Assembly (NCBI GenBank): GCA_963702095.1
Contig: OY969706.1
Span: 608,001-672,000 of the forward strand
Reading direction: 5' to 3'
From: Candidatus Bathyarchaeota archaeon
GTDB lineage: Archaea; Thermoproteota; Bathyarchaeia; Bathyarchaeales; Bathycorpusculaceae
Length of the DNA: 64,000 bases
In this document: positions 1 to 9,770 of the stretch, piece by piece
Layout: each line of letters opens with the position of its first letter
Position numbering within the stretch: the first letter of the stretch is position 1
The notes under the pieces: model-generated
Database searches by the model: none
What the model was told of the DNA's origin: nothing
Seen by the model: only the letters and a program-made list of their open reading frames with translations
Position numbers and translations under genes: made by a program

Positions 1-360
1 AGCACAAAAGTCCGCAACAAAGTCGGCGAACCCGGCGAAGGCGTAGGTATAGTCGAAGCAGCACGGGGCACACTTATCCACCACTATGTACTCGACAAAG
101 ACGCGATGGTAAAAGACGTTAACCTGATTGTTGCCACAACCAACAATTACCCAGCTATCTGCATGAGTATCCGCGACGCAGCTAAAGGCCTCATACACGG
201 CGGCAAAGTCGATGAAGGCATCCTCAACATGGTTGAAATGGCGTTCCGCGCTTACGATCCATGCTTCGGCTGCGCAACCCACAGTGCATTCGGCAAGATG
301 CCCCTGACAGTCGAGGTCTACAACGCAGACAAAAAAGTAGTCGATTCAGTTAGTCGCTAA
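1..360 (+). CDS. [NiFe]-hydrogenase large subunit (group 3, MvhA-like), C-terminal part; 5'-truncated
   Basis: Frame 1 is open from base 1 (GEGVGIVEAARGTLIHHY). L2 motif RAYDPCFGCATH is followed by a cleavable C-terminal extension. Confidence 0.9.
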   Translation, partial: STKVRNKVGEPGEGVGIVEAARGTLIHHYVLDKDAMVKDVNLIVATTNNYPAICMSIRDAAKGLIHGGKVDEGILNMVEMAFRAYDPCFGCATHSAFGKMPLTVEVYNADKKVVDSVSR

Positions 361-441
361 ATCCTTAACCCATCTTGGGTTCTTTCTCTTTTTGTTGTAA
401 ACTTTTAAGTCCTTGTATGCCCTGTTTGTGGTTGACCATTT

Positions 442-927
442 ATGGCTGACAATGTCGAGGAGGATTTGCGTGACTGGATCAAAGACGCCAAACGAGTTGT
501 GTTAGTCGGCGTCGGCAACCCGATTCGCCAAGACGACAACATCGCCCTAAAAATCCTAGAGGGCTTACAGGGCAAACTCCCCAAAAACGTCTGTCTCTTG
601 GAATGCGAGATGGTTCCCGAAGGCTACCTACTCGACATCGAAGAATTCAAGCCCACCCATGTGCTGCTCATTGACTCCGCGGTTTTGGGACGCAAACCCG
701 GCGAAGCCAACTTGGTGCAGTTCGGTGAGGTGGCGGCTTTCTCGGCGATTTCCTCGCATATGCTGCCGCTGCGGCTCTTCTGTGAGTACGTGGCTAAGTC
801 GACTGGCGCAAAAATCCGGTTGTTGCTTATAGAGCCTAAGTGTATGGGGTTCGGCGAAGAATTAACTCCTGAATTACAGGCGGCAGCGCAAAAGTTAACT
901 GGGCTTCTGCTTAATCTGCTGAGTTAG
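442..927 (+). CDS. hycI: Hydrogenase maturation protease (HycI-like)
   Basis: VGVGNPIRQDD, LIDS and SSHMLPL motifs; adjacent to the hydrogenase large subunit. Confidence 0.85.
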   Translation: MADNVEEDLRDWIKDAKRVVLVGVGNPIRQDDNIALKILEGLQGKLPKNVCLLECEMVPEGYLLDIEEFKPTHVLLIDSAVLGRKPGEANLVQFGEVAAFSAISSHMLPLRLFCEYVAKSTGAKIRLLLIEPKCMGFGEELTPELQAAAQKLTGLLLNLLS

Positions 928-1414
928 CTTCCTTTCTTTTAAACACGTAATCTATCGAAAGTACCAGTTTGCCATGTATGTAGTGGGTTTCTTTGAGTTC
1001 AATTTGGTCCTTAGTTACCCAATTGGCTAAGATATGCTCTTCTTCCTCCTGGTCCTCGTAGGTGCCTCGCCAGTGAAGTTCAAGGGTCGAATCATCCATC
1101 CATCTGCCGATGTGGTCATGGGTGTCTCCCTCGGAGGTGATGCTGAAAAGATGCACTTCGCCCGTGGCTGGGTCGAAGCTCCAGAGGTCATTTTCAAAGT
1201 AATCCTCGTATCCTTCGATGTGGGTGTCGATTTCACTGTTTATGCCCGGTGCAATTTCTTCCGCGGTCATTTCGCCGCAGCCTGCAACCACTTTGTCCTC
1301 GCTGGTTTTGAGTGCGATGCCTACGGTCCATTCGCCTAGGAGTTGCTTGAGTAATTCTTCCCCTTTGATTTGCTGTTGCGTCATAAGAATCAAGCACTCT
1401 TTAGCCGAAAACAT
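911..1414 (-). CDS. Hypothetical acidic beta-rich protein (DUF1579-like); true start probably 1384
   Basis: 167-aa ORF with LLGEW N-terminal motif and a beta-barrel-like pattern. Confidence 0.55.
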   Translation of the reverse strand: MFSAKECLILMTQQQIKGEELLKQLLGEWTVGIALKTSEDKVVAGCGEMTAEEIAPGINSEIDTHIEGYEDYFENDLWSFDPATGEVHLFSITSEGDTHDHIGRWMDDSTLELHWRGTYEDQEEEEHILANWVTKDQIELKETHYIHGKLVLSIDYVFKRKEANSAD

Positions 1415-1494
1415 GTAATAAACCGATGTGACTGGCTTATGCCGACAACTCTTCGGGTTACGTTAATTAGCAAGTTTACGGTTACCTTTTTGCA

Positions 1495-1983
1495 GTGAGC
1501 AGCTTGGTTGGCAAAGCAGTTATCGTTATGGGTTCCGAACGTGACTTGGATTTTAGCCGTGAAATCTGCAAGTACCTCAAACTTCTCGGCGTAACCTATG
1601 AGTTCCGCGTGGCTTCAGCACACAAAACCCCCCTAACCGTGCTTGGGATTCTCAAGGAATTCGAAGAGGAAAAAGTCGTGTATATTACCGTAGCTGGGCG
1701 CTCCAATGCACTCAGCGCCTTCATAGACGGCAACACCCAAAAACCCGTTATCGCCTGTCCACCCTACAGCGAAAAATACGGCGGCGCAGACATTTACTCG
1801 TCGCTGCGGGTGCCAAGCGGCATCGGCTCCGTCGTCACAGTCGAGCCTGAAGGGGCGGCGATTGCAACCGCGAAGATTCTGGGTTTAGAAGACCCTGAAG
1901 TGCAGTCTAAAGTCAAGGATTACCAGAGCAGCAAAAAAAGTGCCCTTGACATGGCTAATGAAAACATCCAGAAACTCAAGTAA
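1495..1983 (+). CDS. purE: N5-CAIR mutase / AIR carboxylase PurE
   Basis: MGSERD, VASAHKTP, AGRSNAL and PVIACPP motifs. Confidence 0.93.
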   Translation: MSSLVGKAVIVMGSERDLDFSREICKYLKLLGVTYEFRVASAHKTPLTVLGILKEFEEEKVVYITVAGRSNALSAFIDGNTQKPVIACPPYSEKYGGADIYSSLRVPSGIGSVVTVEPEGAAIATAKILGLEDPEVQSKVKDYQSSKKSALDMANENIQKLK

Positions 1984-2007
1984 CCATTACTACTGCAGGC
2001 AAAATAG

Positions 2008-2148
2008 TTTTTCTATTGTTAGATGAAGGCAGAGTTGCCCTTGCTCATCATCTTCCTGTGGGCTTGTCTGGCGGCTGCTTTTCTGCCTCAGCATCTAGGC
2101 TACATTGCAAGCAAGTTGTGGACAAATCCGCAAGCAAAACACCAAATT
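2008..2148 (+). repeat. Dispersed ~140-bp structured intergenic repeat, family A, copy 1
   Basis: Near-identical to the reverse complement of 58821-58960. Stems tagatg/catcta, aggcaga/tctgcct and ttgtgga/tccgcaa. Confidence 0.85.
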
Positions 2149-2216
2149 CTTGATTAACTTAATAAAATACTGCAACAAAATTTTGCCCGATTTAGTTAGT
2201 TTTTGCAAAAACTGTT

Positions 2217-3404
2217 TTATGTGTGTGCCTCTTTTTCGCTTTCGAATTCTCCGCTGTGTCCCATTAAACCCGTTTTCTTTATCCAAACCCACATCAGCAG
2301 GCTGCCGCCGATTGTGGCGCTAGTCATAAGCACTAGGTAAGCGGGCAGGAAATCTGGTCCTATAACCCACACCGAGTTACCCAAAACTGTGGCGATGGTG
2401 TTTGGGATCAGTATGGCTGTGCCAATTATGGTTAAGTAGGCGACTATTTTGGATAAGCGGTTGTTGAGTAGGGTCAGTTTGTTGTTGGATATGGTGAGTT
2501 GGTTGTTTGCGATTGTTAGTTGGTTGTTGTAAATCGATTGGGTGGCTTCTATGCCTGACGCCAACACTTCAGACATGTGTTCGGATAAGCCGATTTGGCT
2601 CTTGACCTGATCCACCATGGCAGCGAACAAGTTCACCAGTTTAGGATTATCCGTCAAAAGCTCGGCGTCGCCATATCGAATCGTCTGCAGCACATCCACG
2701 CTTTCCCAAAGCGCATTAAGATAGATTATGAGGGCGTGTTTCATCTCATAAATTTTTGGACCCAAAACGGCTTTGTCAACGTCTCTATCCATAAGGTCCC
2801 GGTTGAGGTCGTCGCCGAATTCCTCTATGATCCTTAAATGCCTAAAGTTGCTGTCGTTGTTAGCTTCCAAAATCCGTAAGAGCAGAATAGTCAGCCTGTC
2901 CTCGGGTCTAATGTCCATGGGGATTTTTCTTAGAAACGTCTCTGAATACCTGCGGAGCCTAAGAAACCGTTTGTCTATGAGACGAGGGTGGAATGTGAAA
3001 ATCAAGTTTTTCCTAATCAACACCACAAGCGGATGCGCTTTAACGTCGGTCCCTCTGATTTGGACGGCTGGGAAAGTCAACCACATTTCAGTGTCAAAAT
3101 CCGAGTAGTTAAGTTGGTCACAGCCTGATAGGTTGTTGATGAAGGCTTCGGTAAAACCCATCTGGGCAGCCACCATCGGCAAGTCTTTGGTTGGGTCATC
3201 AGTGATGTAGTCAACCCAAGTGATGCTTGAATGGTTAACTATTTCCAAAAAATTGTTGGGTGCCTCATCTTCCTGCTTGAAAGTTCGACCCGAAGATTCG
3301 ACGCCCGCGCAGAACCACCGTTTAGGCAGCAACTCCAACGGAGTTGTTGTTGAAGAATTAAACCTTGTCTGTGCAGTCGGTACTGCCTGTTCTTGGACCA
3401 CCAT
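2217..3404 (-). CDS. corA: CorA-family Mg2+/Co2+ transporter
   Basis: WVDY N-terminal motif, long coiled coil, and two C-terminal TM helices (the GMN signature is degenerate, LGNS). Confidence 0.75.
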   Translation of the reverse strand: MVVQEQAVPTAQTRFNSSTTTPLELLPKRWFCAGVESSGRTFKQEDEAPNNFLEIVNHSSITWVDYITDDPTKDLPMVAAQMGFTEAFINNLSGCDQLNYSDFDTEMWLTFPAVQIRGTDVKAHPLVVLIRKNLIFTFHPRLIDKRFLRLRRYSETFLRKIPMDIRPEDRLTILLLRILEANNDSNFRHLRIIEEFGDDLNRDLMDRDVDKAVLGPKIYEMKHALIIYLNALWESVDVLQTIRYGDAELLTDNPKLVNLFAAMVDQVKSQIGLSEHMSEVLASGIEATQSIYNNQLTIANNQLTISNNKLTLLNNRLSKIVAYLTIIGTAILIPNTIATVLGNSVWVIGPDFLPAYLVLMTSATIGGSLLMWVWIKKTGLMGHSGEFESEKEAHT

Positions 3405-3561
3405 TTTTTCCGCCGCTCCAAATATGCCTTGAGTATATTAGCCCATTCCGCTTTGTTGGGGATAAATAGCTTTTGCTCTTGCATCGGTTTAGTTCCATTT
3501 TTTAACTAGATAAAGTGATATATTTCCCAAAATAGATTATCAAACACCTGAGGCAATTAAC

Positions 3562-4620
3562 ATGGGTAGCGTAAAAGACCTGAATGTAATCCAACAACCA
3601 ACCCCGACCGCCATGGGCACTGGACGATTCCTTTTCAGCGACCGTTACAGCGTGTTTGACTGGGGCGAAATGCCTGACCACATCGGAGGCAAAGGCGCAG
3701 CCCTCTGCCTGATGGGAGCATACTGCTTCGAGCAACTCGAGAAGCAAGGCGTGAAAACCCATTACCGCGGCTTAGTAAACAGGGCTGGCAAAGCAGTTAA
3801 GGTTGATGCCCTCAGTGAGCCCTCAGCCACTATGGAAGTGGCATTGGTTAACGTTTACCGCCCCCAAACCAGCGTCGCCGACGGCAAAGTGGTCCATGAC
3901 TACAGCGCCTATACGCCGAGCATCAGAAACTGCCTTATCCCGCTTGAAATCATCTACCGCAATGGTCTCCCCGAAGGCAGCTCCGTCTTTAAGCGGTTGA
4001 CTCAGGGAAAAGTCACCTTAACAGACCTTGGCTTAGACCATCAGCCACAGCCCGGCGAAACCCTCAAAAAACCCATCTTCGACGTCAGCACCAAACTTGA
4101 AGAAACCGACCGCTATGTCACATGGGCTGAGGCGCAGAAAATTGCAGGCTTAACCGACGCCGAACTCTCCGAAGTCAAAGCTGTTCTGCTAAGAGCCGAT
4201 GAAACAATAACCAAAGCAGCCGCCAACGCAAGCCTAAAAAACGAGGACGGCAAAATCGAGTTAGCCTTCGACGAACAGCGCAGACTCATGTTTGTCGACG
4301 TACTGGGCACCCTCGACGAATGCCGCTTCACCTTCGACGGTGTGCACGTCAGCAAAGAAGTTGCTCGGCAATTCTACAAGAAAACCCAGTGGTACAGTGA
4401 TGTGGAACAAGCCAAAAAGGACGCGGAAGCCAAGGGTGTGCAGGATTGGAAGTCACTGTGCAAGTCGCAGCCCCCTCCGCTTGACCCCAAACTTAAAACA
4501 ATAATAAGCCAGATGTACATGGCGGTGGCAAACGAGATGACGGAGAAAACCCTGTTTAACTCGCCTAAACTTGCCGATGTCATAGGCGATTACAAAAGGT
4601 ACATGGAGGAAAAAACATGA
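3562..4620 (+). CDS. purC: SAICAR synthase
   Basis: MGSVKD, FSDRYSVFD, DGKIE and DVLGTLDE motifs. Confidence 0.93.
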   Translation: MGSVKDLNVIQQPTPTAMGTGRFLFSDRYSVFDWGEMPDHIGGKGAALCLMGAYCFEQLEKQGVKTHYRGLVNRAGKAVKVDALSEPSATMEVALVNVYRPQTSVADGKVVHDYSAYTPSIRNCLIPLEIIYRNGLPEGSSVFKRLTQGKVTLTDLGLDHQPQPGETLKKPIFDVSTKLEETDRYVTWAEAQKIAGLTDAELSEVKAVLLRADETITKAAANASLKNEDGKIELAFDEQRRLMFVDVLGTLDECRFTFDGVHVSKEVARQFYKKTQWYSDVEQAKKDAEAKGVQDWKSLCKSQPPPLDPKLKTIISQMYMAVANEMTEKTLFNSPKLADVIGDYKRYMEEKT

Positions 4621-5717
4621 ATATGCAAGACAAAATCAAGCAGGTCCTAATGGACTACAACCCAGATGAAATCCGCATAGGCGTCTTGGGCAGCCACTCC
4701 GCATTGGAAATCGCTTCAGGCGCCAAGCAGGAGGGCTTCGAAACCGTTGTGGTATGCGAAAACGGCCGAGAAAAAACCTACGCCCGATACTACAGCAACA
4801 TTTTTGACAAATTTATTTTCCTCGACAAATTCTCAGACATCACCAACCCCGAAACCGTCAAGGAACTCCAAGACCTAAACACCGTTTTTGTACCCAACCG
4901 ATCTTTCAGCGTCTACGCAGGCTACGACGCGATTGAACAAAAATTCACTGTGCCCTTGATGGGTAACCGTTGGCTACTAAAAACCGAGGAACGCAACGCA
5001 CCCAAAAACCAGTTGTGGCTCCTAAAAGAAGCCGGCATCCAAATTCCCCAAGCTTTCAAGTCACCAAAAGAAATCGACCGCCCAGCCATCGTCAAAGTCC
5101 CCGAAAAAGGCAGAACCATCGAACGCGCCTTCTTCTACGCCTCCAGTCCTGAAGAGTATGAGCGGGAAGCGGAGAAACGCATCAAAGCAGGCATCATCAC
5201 CCGTGAAGCACTCGAAGAATCAGTCATCGAAGAATACGTGTTGGGCGCCAAATTCAACGCCAACTACTTTTACTCCTCCCTAAACGACGACATAGACCTC
5301 CTCGGGTTTGACCGCCGAATCCAAACCGACCTCGATGGCGTCCTCGACCTTCCCGCCCGCGAACAACTCGAACTAAACGTTGCGACGCAAAACATTGAGA
5401 TCGGCCACATGGGCGTTACCATGCGGGAGAGCCAACTTGAAAAAGTCTTTGAAGCTGGCGAACGCTGGGTGCGGGTTTGCAGCAAAGAGTTCCCGCCGGG
5501 CATGATAGGATTATTCGCCCTGCAAGGTGCAGTCACCAAGGACCTACAATTCAAGATCTTCGATGTCAGCCCCCGCGTCCCCGGTTGTCCCTGTGTAGAA
5601 CCCACCTCGCCCTACATGAAGTACAAGTACGGAATAGAAGTCGGCCCTGGCAAAAGGGTCGCCATGGAAATCAAACGTGCCGTGCGCAAACGCAGACTAC
5701 CCGAAGTGGTAACTTAA
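4617..5717 (+). CDS. purP: PurP-family ATP-grasp ligase, paralog 1
   Basis: LGSHSAL, PNRSF and DVSPR motifs; in operon with purC. Confidence 0.85.
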   Translation: MNMQDKIKQVLMDYNPDEIRIGVLGSHSALEIASGAKQEGFETVVVCENGREKTYARYYSNIFDKFIFLDKFSDITNPETVKELQDLNTVFVPNRSFSVYAGYDAIEQKFTVPLMGNRWLLKTEERNAPKNQLWLLKEAGIQIPQAFKSPKEIDRPAIVKVPEKGRTIERAFFYASSPEEYEREAEKRIKAGIITREALEESVIEEYVLGAKFNANYFYSSLNDDIDLLGFDRRIQTDLDGVLDLPAREQLELNVATQNIEIGHMGVTMRESQLEKVFEAGERWVRVCSKEFPPGMIGLFALQGAVTKDLQFKIFDVSPRVPGCPCVEPTSPYMKYKYGIEVGPGKRVAMEIKRAVRKRRLPEVVT

Positions 5718-5719
5718 AC

Positions 5720-6805
5720 ATGATTGACGCACAAGCTGTTGGAAAAATAATCGAAAAATACGACCAAAAAAAGCTTGCAATCGGCACCTTAGGCTCCCAC
5801 AGTTCACTTAACATTTTCAAGGGCGCAAAAGAAGAAGGATTCCGAACGGTTTGCATCTGCAAAGAAAAAGACGCCATCATGTACCAAAAGTACCCGTTGG
5901 TCGACGAGTTAATCATAGTTAAAGACTTCACTGAACTCCTCAGCGAGACACTGCAGGAGAGACTGCGGAAACTCAACGTCATTTTGATTCCACATGGCTC
6001 ATTCACAGCGTATCTGAGTACTGAACAGTTGACTGATAATTTAGCTGTGCCCATGATGGGAAACCGCAAGCTGCTCCATTGGGAAGCTAACCGCAAATCT
6101 CAGGAGGAATGGCTCCGCCAAGCTGGACTACGCTTGCCCGCAACATTCAACTCGCCCGAAGACATCGACCGCTTAATCATCGCCAAACTGCAAGGCGCCA
6201 AAGGCGGCAGAGGCTACTTCCTAGCCAACTCACCAGAGAACTTTAACAAACAATTCAATGAAATGGTTAAACGCGGCATGCTAACAAAAGACGACCTGCC
6301 AAGCATCCACCTGCAGGAATACGCATTGGGCGTTAACGTGTACCCCAGTTACTTCAGCAGCATCCTAAACGACGAAGTTGAGCTTTTGGCAATGGATCGC
6401 CGCTATGAATCCGCCGTGGATAGCATAGGCAAAATTCCCGCCAGCCAACAACTTGAAATCGACATCAACCCCACCTACACTGTCATAGGCAACTTCCCCA
6501 TAGTGCTCCGAGAGTCACTGCTGCCCGAAGTCATGCGCATGGGCGACAGCGTCCACAAAAAAGCCGCTGAACTCGCACCGCCAGGAATCATCGGCGCTTT
6601 CTGTCTTGAAACAGTCATTACTGACGAAGCTAAAATCTACACCTTCGAAATCTCTGCGCGTATCGTCGCTGGCACCAATGTGGGTATCGGCACCTCACCC
6701 TACGCTTACCTGCGCTATGGCGAGAACATGTATATGGGCAGACGAATCGCAGTGGAACTCAAAGAAGCAGTAAAACGGAAACGACTAAACGAAGTAGTAG
6801 CCTAA
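5720..6805 (+). CDS. purP: Formate-dependent FAICAR synthetase PurP, paralog 2 (start at ATG 5720, not 5477)
   Basis: LGSHSSL, PHGSF, GAKGGRGYF and FEISARIVAGTN motifs. Confidence 0.9.
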   Translation: MIDAQAVGKIIEKYDQKKLAIGTLGSHSSLNIFKGAKEEGFRTVCICKEKDAIMYQKYPLVDELIIVKDFTELLSETLQERLRKLNVILIPHGSFTAYLSTEQLTDNLAVPMMGNRKLLHWEANRKSQEEWLRQAGLRLPATFNSPEDIDRLIIAKLQGAKGGRGYFLANSPENFNKQFNEMVKRGMLTKDDLPSIHLQEYALGVNVYPSYFSSILNDEVELLAMDRRYESAVDSIGKIPASQQLEIDINPTYTVIGNFPIVLRESLLPEVMRMGDSVHKKAAELAPPGIIGAFCLETVITDEAKIYTFEISARIVAGTNVGIGTSPYAYLRYGENMYMGRRIAVELKEAVKRKRLNEVVA

Positions 6806-6810
6806 GCAAA

Positions 6811-7572
6811 TTATTCGAGGCACCGTTTTAGGGTGTCATCAAAGTTACTGCGGCTCCGCTCCTTCCTATATTTCCTCAAAGCCGCAACCAACTCAACCCT
6901 GTTCCTTCCCCCAATTATCGCCGCAATCGCTTTGCATACTTCGCTATTGCCCTGAAACAGAAACTGGCACACCGACGTAACGTTCGAGGCGTTGCGTGTG
7001 GTGCTTGCGGTTTCAAAATCAACAATGAACGGCTTATCCGCCTTGTCCATGAGGAGGTGTTTGGGGGCTTTGCTGAGTTCGCCATGGTCTAAGCTGATTG
7101 TGTCGAGCCGCCAGCACTGCTCCAAAATGTCACCGATAACCCCTCGAACAACGTCTTTCTCTATGTGTGTTTTTAGCCAATCCTCCAAAACATCGCCATC
7201 TATAAGATGCATCAAAAGAAAATGCTGGGTAACCCCCATAAATTTGGGACCAACTGCAACGGCGTTGGCTTTCTGCAACAGTTCCGCCTCGCGCTCTAAA
7301 CTCGGGCGGTCAGAATCAACCCTCTGCATCTTAAGTGCCAACCACTCCCCTCCTACTTGTGCCGCCACGACGATGCCGACATAGCCTTTGCCCAGTACCC
7401 GCAGGGTGAAAGCGGATGATTTGCCGCTGAACTCCAGCGTTTCCACTCCGAGTCTCCGTAGCTCTTGGAGGCGACTCTGCATTTCTTGAGGGCTTGCTCT
7501 GGGGTAGCAAACCACTGATGCATAGGGTTCAGCATACAGCTCGTTAATTGACACTTTTATCAGCGGCTTCAT
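6811..7572 (-). CDS. Archaeal RIO-like Ser/Thr protein kinase
   Basis: LGKGYVGIV, ALK, HGELS and IVDFE motifs. Confidence 0.8.
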   Translation of the reverse strand: MKPLIKVSINELYAEPYASVVCYPRASPQEMQSRLQELRRLGVETLEFSGKSSAFTLRVLGKGYVGIVVAAQVGGEWLALKMQRVDSDRPSLEREAELLQKANAVAVGPKFMGVTQHFLLMHLIDGDVLEDWLKTHIEKDVVRGVIGDILEQCWRLDTISLDHGELSKAPKHLLMDKADKPFIVDFETASTTRNASNVTSVCQFLFQGNSEVCKAIAAIIGGRNRVELVAALRKYRKERSRSNFDDTLKRCLE

Positions 7573-7644
7573 TTTTGGTTCTCTTTGTTATAGATTTAAT
7601 AGGAACATGTTAAGTCAACATAAACCTATCTTGCTGGGTCACTT

Positions 7645-9768
7645 ATGCCACGGTTCAAGCAAATCCCCCAAATCCAAGCTTTAATGGGCAACAAAGAACG
7701 CATCCGCAACATAGGCATAATCGCCCACATCGACCACGGCAAAACTACCTTGGCGGATTCACTTTTGGCTGGAGCGGGGCTTTTGTCGCCGCAAATGGCG
7801 GGAATGGCGCGTGTGCTCGACTACCTTGAAGAAGAGCAGAAACGCAAAATCACCATAAAAACCGCTAACATAACGCTTCTCTACAGTCATCAATCCACAC
7901 CCTACATCATCAACTTGGTCGATACTCCGGGGCATGTGGATTTCACGGGCAAAGTCACACGGGCACTGCGCGTTATCGACGGGGCTGTGGTGGTTGTGGA
8001 TGCGGTGGAGGAGATTATGGCGCAAACCGAAATCCTCACCCGCCAGGCGCTCGAAGAACGAGTTTATCCAGTGCTTTTTATAAACAAAATTGACCGCTTA
8101 ATTACCGAGTTACAGCTCAGTGAAGAGCAAATCAGGAAAAAACTCAACCGCATAATCGGCAGCTTCAACGACCTAATTGAATTCTATGCCGAAAACCAAT
8201 TTAAAACCCAATGGAAAACCAGCATCACTCAGGGTAATGTGGCATTCGGCGCTGCACTCTATGGCTGGGGCTTCACCGCAGACATGGCAAAAAAACAATC
8301 TGTAAAGTTCACCGATATCATAGCTGCCTGCAAAAATGGCGAATCCTCTAAACTCAAGAAGGCGCTGCCAGTTTATGAGGCAATCTTTGAAATGGCGATC
8401 AAAAATGTGCCCAACCCGCGTGTTGCGCAGAGTTACCGTGTTGAGAAGATTTGGGGCGGACCAGTTAAAACTTCCATTGGAGCCGCGTTGGTTGAATGCA
8501 ATGACGAGGCACCCGCAGTCATGTTTGTTACGAATGTACGTGGTGATGGCAACGGCGATGTTTTTGCAACTGGTCGAGTGTTCTCTGGAAAAATGAAAAA
8601 GCAAGATAGGCTGCATCTGGTGGATAGCCTTTCGGAAACCCAAGTGAAAGCTGTCTATGTTGATATGGGTGCGATGCGGGAGGAAGTCGATGAGGTTTCC
8701 GCCGGCAACTTAGCCACTGTTGCTCTCACGGGCAATGTGCAGTCGGGAGAAACACTGGTGGATTTAGCGCTCAAGGGTATGGTGCCTTTCGAATGCATCC
8801 ACTATGTCTCGGAACCCGTGGTTACGTTGGCTGTGGAACCCAAAAACCCCCAAGACATCGAAACCCTCAAAAGAGGATTGGAAAAACTTGCCGCCGAAGA
8901 CCCCAACCTAAAAGTCGTCCCTGACAAAGAAACCGGCGAATACCTGCTAAGCGGCATGGGCGAGTTGCACCTTGAAGTAGCCATTAACCAACTCAAAAGC
9001 GAAACTGGCATCGATGTGGCAACTTCGTCGCCAAGGGTGGTCTACATGGAGTGCGCACAGAAGAGTGGTGCAGTGGCGCTTGCCAAGAGCCCTGATAAGC
9101 AAAGTAGCTTCTGGATGCAAGTGGAACCTGAACTTGAACAGGGCGCCGTTGGGGTCGACGAAGACCGTGGAGCGGTGCTTTCGATGGATGAAAACCGCAA
9201 TGTGCTCTTGGACTGCAACGGCAAAACCAGTCAGTTGCCGGAAGCAACTTTGGAAGCTATCATCGCCGGCTTTGAATACGCTTGCAGGGCTGGTCCGCTT
9301 TGCGGCGAACCGATAAGGCACCTAAAAGTTAACCTCATTGACCTCGAACTCTCAGATGACACAGCAGGCAGCTCAGAAGTCATGCGTGCCGTTGGCAAAG
9401 CAATCTTTGGCAGTTTCCTAACCGCAAACCCCACACTCCAAGAACCCATCTACAAAATCGCAATTTCAGTCGCCTCGGAACTCTCCGGCGAATCCACCCG
9501 CATACTCCAAACAAAACGGGGCAAAGTCACCCTGTTTGAACAGAAAGGGTTCCTATCCCAAAACACCGGTTACATCCCAGTCGCAGAAACCTTCGGTTTT
9601 TCCAAAGAACTCCGCAGCGCAACCTCGGGAAGAGCGGTGTGGCAATCCTTCTTTGACCACTGGCAAAAAATGCCCCAAAAACTCGCCTCTGAAGTCATCG
9701 CTGAACTTCGCAGGCGCAAAGGCTTAGCGGCAGAGGTGCCTAAACCAGAGAAATTCATGGAGCCTTAG
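7645..9768 (+). CDS. Elongation factor EF-2 paralog
   Basis: AHIDHGKTT, DTPGHVDF, NKID, GMGELHL and LRSATSG motifs; no HRG diphthamide motif in domain IV. Confidence 0.88.
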   Translation: MPRFKQIPQIQALMGNKERIRNIGIIAHIDHGKTTLADSLLAGAGLLSPQMAGMARVLDYLEEEQKRKITIKTANITLLYSHQSTPYIINLVDTPGHVDFTGKVTRALRVIDGAVVVVDAVEEIMAQTEILTRQALEERVYPVLFINKIDRLITELQLSEEQIRKKLNRIIGSFNDLIEFYAENQFKTQWKTSITQGNVAFGAALYGWGFTADMAKKQSVKFTDIIAACKNGESSKLKKALPVYEAIFEMAIKNVPNPRVAQSYRVEKIWGGPVKTSIGAALVECNDEAPAVMFVTNVRGDGNGDVFATGRVFSGKMKKQDRLHLVDSLSETQVKAVYVDMGAMREEVDEVSAGNLATVALTGNVQSGETLVDLALKGMVPFECIHYVSEPVVTLAVEPKNPQDIETLKRGLEKLAAEDPNLKVVPDKETGEYLLSGMGELHLEVAINQLKSETGIDVATSSPRVVYMECAQKSGAVALAKSPDKQSSFWMQVEPELEQGAVGVDEDRGAVLSMDENRNVLLDCNGKTSQLPEATLEAIIAGFEYACRAGPLCGEPIRHLKVNLIDLELSDDTAGSSEVMRAVGKAIFGSFLTANPTLQEPIYKIAISVASELSGESTRILQTKRGKVTLFEQKGFLSQNTGYIPVAETFGFSKELRSATSGRAVWQSFFDHWQKMPQKLASEVIAELRRRKGLAAEVPKPEKFMEP

Positions 9769-9770
9769 CT

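Noticed and set aside
2095-2323. Short ORFs MQASCGQIRKQNT (also at 58513-58863) and ORFs 18275-18475 / 22781-23074 as small protein families
   Set aside because: The similarity comes from the DNA repeats A and B; frames and lengths are not conserved.
5477-5719. N-terminal extension of the 442-aa ORF
   Set aside because: It overlaps the upstream purP in another frame; homology starts at ATG 5720.
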